NCBI GenBank assembly: GCA_000182565.2
Contig: KQ257460.1
DNA length: 41,099 nt
Strand: one strand, 5' to 3'
From: Spizellomyces punctatus DAOM BR117
Taxonomy: Eukaryota
Part shown: positions 38,441 to 41,099 of the stretch, piece after piece
Layout of the letters: each line of letters begins with the position of its first letter
Numbering within the stretch: position 1 is the first letter of the stretch
Program-made: the position numbers and the translations under genes
The notes under the pieces: model-generated
Told to the model about the DNA's origin: nothing
What the model saw: the letters and a program-made list of their open reading frames with translations, nothing else
The model's database searches: none

Positions 38441-40126
38441 ATGAAGAGCACATTGGCAAAGCGATCAGAACCTGAGGGCTCTGGTGAGGCTTTACCCAAG
38501 GATTCTTACAAGCGATTAAAGAGTATAAATGGGGATAAGGCATCAAGCAAGCATCACACCTTGTGCAACGAAGCAACTTGCCCTGGTTGCAGTACCGGAG
38601 AGGTAGAGATCTGCTTTGTAGGGCCCTCCGCGGGCGGGGAGTCAAAGGCGATTTCGCCTACAGCCGCGGATCTCTACCGAATGGCACTGGAAGAACGGGA
38701 CGGCGTGTCAGGCGAAACGGAACCAAGTGGATTAAAACTACAATGGAAGGGAGTGGAAGAAGAAGATAAAGATTCGGAAACGAAGCGAAAGATTATAATC
38801 AAGTTATTTGAGATGGGTGTTGAAAAGTTTTCGAGTGAGACGGGTATACCTATTAAAGCACCTGAGGTGAACGGCTCCAACGTCTCCACGGCAGCCGCTA
38901 CCAAGAATGGGGACACCCAACGCCCGGGATCTGAACGCACGGCTCATGTTTGCGTCGTGTATGCTCGATTTCGGATGCTATCTCCCCCTCTCACTCTACA
39001 TCCAAAGAAGTGTAGACCTGTTTACAGAGTGTATTCAGATATTGGAAGGAGCAGGAACAGCTTATTTATCTACATGGGGCGCGAGTGCTGCACAATTTGG
39101 ATTGGGAAGGGCAAAGATGGAATTGGTGCGGAGCCGGTACACAGACCTTGATGACGAGGATGATGATCAAGAAAATGGAAATGGCGAGTCCCACTATGTG
39201 ATACCGCAGGATGAGCTCGCATTGGTTGAATCGGCAAAGGCGACACTTGCCAAGGTTGGTATAGCAGATGAATCTGTGCCCAAGTACCCATGCTTACACG
39301 TGCATGTAGGGACTTGCATCCGTAAAGAACGATGCAGAAGCGTACGCGCGTCAGTGTATTTATGCAGCCGGGCTGTTCCGCGACTACGCAGCCGTCCAAC
39401 GACAAAGACCCACCAGCAAGCGCTGTAAGTTTTTAGTCGAGTACTTGGTCATACAACCGACATCTGAACCACGTACTTTAGCTAGCACCAATCTATTGTC
39501 TACACTCCGCACCGCACTCGACTATCTCCAACAGGCCGAATCAGCCAGTGGCCCCTCTGTCACCTCCAATGTCCATGCCTTGGGCTTACGTGGTGCTTGT
39601 CTATACTACCTGGCAGACCACTACGCCAACGGTGAAGCCGAAGCAGATAGAAAGGAGACATCCAAATACGTGACAGAGGCCGAAGCTGCGTTGAAATCCG
39701 CTGTGACACTTTGGGATAAGATGCCAGATAAGCAAGATGAGCATGGTACAGAGTATCTACAATTGGTAGGTGACTCGTAAATGTCTTTTCACGGCGATGA
39801 GGTGATTGAGTGGTTTGGCTATTAGTGGGGTCAGACACTGATTCTCCTCAGCACGATCGAGCCCGACGAAGAAGAAGCCGTCCAGTATTTTGAGACGGGC
39901 GTATCGACATTGAAGCGTGCCTATCAATTAGATCCAGGTATATACAAATGACTATGTGACTTTGCCTGTGTTTATACTATTTTTAACTATGGGTACAGGC
40001 AACGACGATTTGGAAGAACAGTTGGAAATGTTGGGAGCGATGGATGGAGGACATGGTGATGAAGATGAAGATGGGTCTTTGCATGGTGATGAAAATGGGC
40101 AAGAACAAGAACAAGATAAAGAGTAA
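38441..40126 (+). CDS. Helical-repeat (TPR-like) protein with N-terminal Cys motif and acidic tail; possibly ETT1/Nro1-like
   Basis: Consecutive + strand exons: HTLCNEATCPGC motif, amphipathic helices, LKRAYQLDP-GNDDLEEQLEMLG, acidic tail, stop at 40124-40126. A frame discontinuity lies near 38870-38930. The family assignment is tentative. Confidence 0.6.
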
Positions 40127-40238
40127 AAAAAAGGGCTGGTTCAAAGCACATGTACAATTCTATTCAAAACAAGTCAACATTGTCCCAATTCACGACGCAA
40201 AGTCACTCTTGTGTGCTGCACATTCAAAGTGTGCATTG

Positions 40239-41069
40239 TCAGACGGCAACGTGAAGAGCAAATTGCTCACAAAATGACTCTAAGCCATCATCATGCCCGC
40301 AGGCAGTTAATCCGCCAACTTCCAATGGTAAAACTAACCATGGTAACTCATCATCCTCGAGCTCTGTGGGGATCACGGGATTATGAAGAGCGTACGACAC
40401 AATCCTTGCCCATTTCTTCCTGTTCTTCTCGTCCTGATCTCCCTCTTCCTCCCCATCCTCATTCCCATCCTCATTCCCATTCCCATTCCCATTCCCATCT
40501 CCATCCCCGTCCCCATTCCTATTATCAACCCTCTTCTCATGCTCATCTCCGTCCTCATTCTCATGTCCATCCCCATTCCTATTCCCAGCATCTCCGACCT
40601 CACCATCCGGCACATATTTATACCGCCGCCCATTCCAGTATCGCCAATGTAGCCTCATTAAACACTTTTTCTCATCACCAGTGAGCGTTACTGTGGCAGG
40701 CGTACTCCCATTTTTTAGTTGCACAAAAAGACCTCTTACCGGGATAGAGCAAGGAGCATTCCGGCGGATACGGTCATCACGAAACAGGACTCGACATCTG
40801 ATCGGGTGGGAGAAGTTTATGTATGAGCCTTCGCCACTGAAGGCACCCGGTGGATCTGGGTGAATTCTTTCGGGAGGTTGATTGCAAAGACGGGGAGAGT
40901 CGGCCATAGGTGCATATCTGGATGGGCACAATGGGTTCCGATTGCATATGAACACTGTTGCAATATTCGCCTCCTCATCATAATCATGTACCAAGACCGG
41001 GTGATACTTTGGATCTCGATAACGTCTGTTTGGAGGATTCGACGGGTCAACCGCGTCAAAAGAGACCAC
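40239..41069 (-). CDS. Hypothetical protein (5' part outside window) with G/N/D/E low-complexity insert
   Basis: 276-codon ORF preceded by a likely acceptor (ttag|tggtc). Globular N-terminal part followed by GNGDGDGDGNGNGNGNEDG repeats. Confidence 0.6.
   Translation of the reverse strand: MVSFDAVDPSNPPNRRYRDPKYHPVLVHDYDEEANIATVFICNRNPLCPSRYAPMADSPRLCNQPPERIHPDPPGAFSGEGSYINFSHPIRCRVLFRDDRIRRNAPCSIPVRGLFVQLKNGSTPATVTLTGDEKKCLMRLHWRYWNGRRYKYVPDGEVGDAGNRNGDGHENEDGDEHEKRVDNRNGDGDGDGNGNGNGNEDGNEDGEEEGDQDEKNRKKWARIVSYALHNPVIPTELEDDELPWLVLPLEVGGLTACGHDDGLESFCEQFALHVAV
40440..40590. repeat. Degenerate hexanucleotide repeat (CCCATT/CTCATC) encoding GN/GD/ED dipeptides on the minus strand
   Basis: Visible periodic cccatt/cccatc/ctcatt units. 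Confidence 0.85.
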
Positions 41070-41099
41070 TAATTGTGGGGATGTCGGGGTGACCAGAAT

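Noticed and set aside
37376-38499. Long ORFs spanning N runs (also at 14383-14807 and 34618-35010)
   Set aside because: Artefacts of translating assembly gaps.
40211-40684. Plus-strand His/Pro-rich and Ile/Pro-rich ORFs
   Set aside because: Shadow frames of the hexamer repeat in the minus-strand gene.

Overview
Gene-dense, intron-rich eukaryotic DNA with short GT-AG introns, micro-exons and three N-gaps. It is most consistent with an early-diverging fungus, probably a chytrid (inferred from gene content and architecture). About 18 protein-coding loci are present: OTU1 (partial), a DUF262/GmrSD-N-like protein, an inositol 5-phosphatase, YPP1/TTC7, YRB30, a MYND-finger protein, UPRT/FUR1, RRN6/TAF1C, PPE1/PPME1, RFC1, a HAD hydrolase, UFE1/STX18, NAS2/PSMD9, MPO1/DUF962, a GT25 glycosyltransferase and three poorly characterised proteins. 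The most notable signals are non-coding. (1) An unassigned ~290-nt structured RNA at 27735-28028 has internal Pol III A/B boxes, a tRNA-like 5' part, paired termini and a T4 end. (2) A non-coding snoRNA host gene (~33.8-34.6 kb) carries an snR52/SNORD83-like guide and an orphan C/D RNA. (3) A decayed 18S rDNA fragment lies at ~12.5 kb. (4) A decayed copy of UPRT exon 1 lies at ~19.2 kb. (5) CACGTG/ACGT motifs sit in most promoters. All assignments are by eye from remembered motifs; no searches or folding programs were run, and exon boundaries are approximate.
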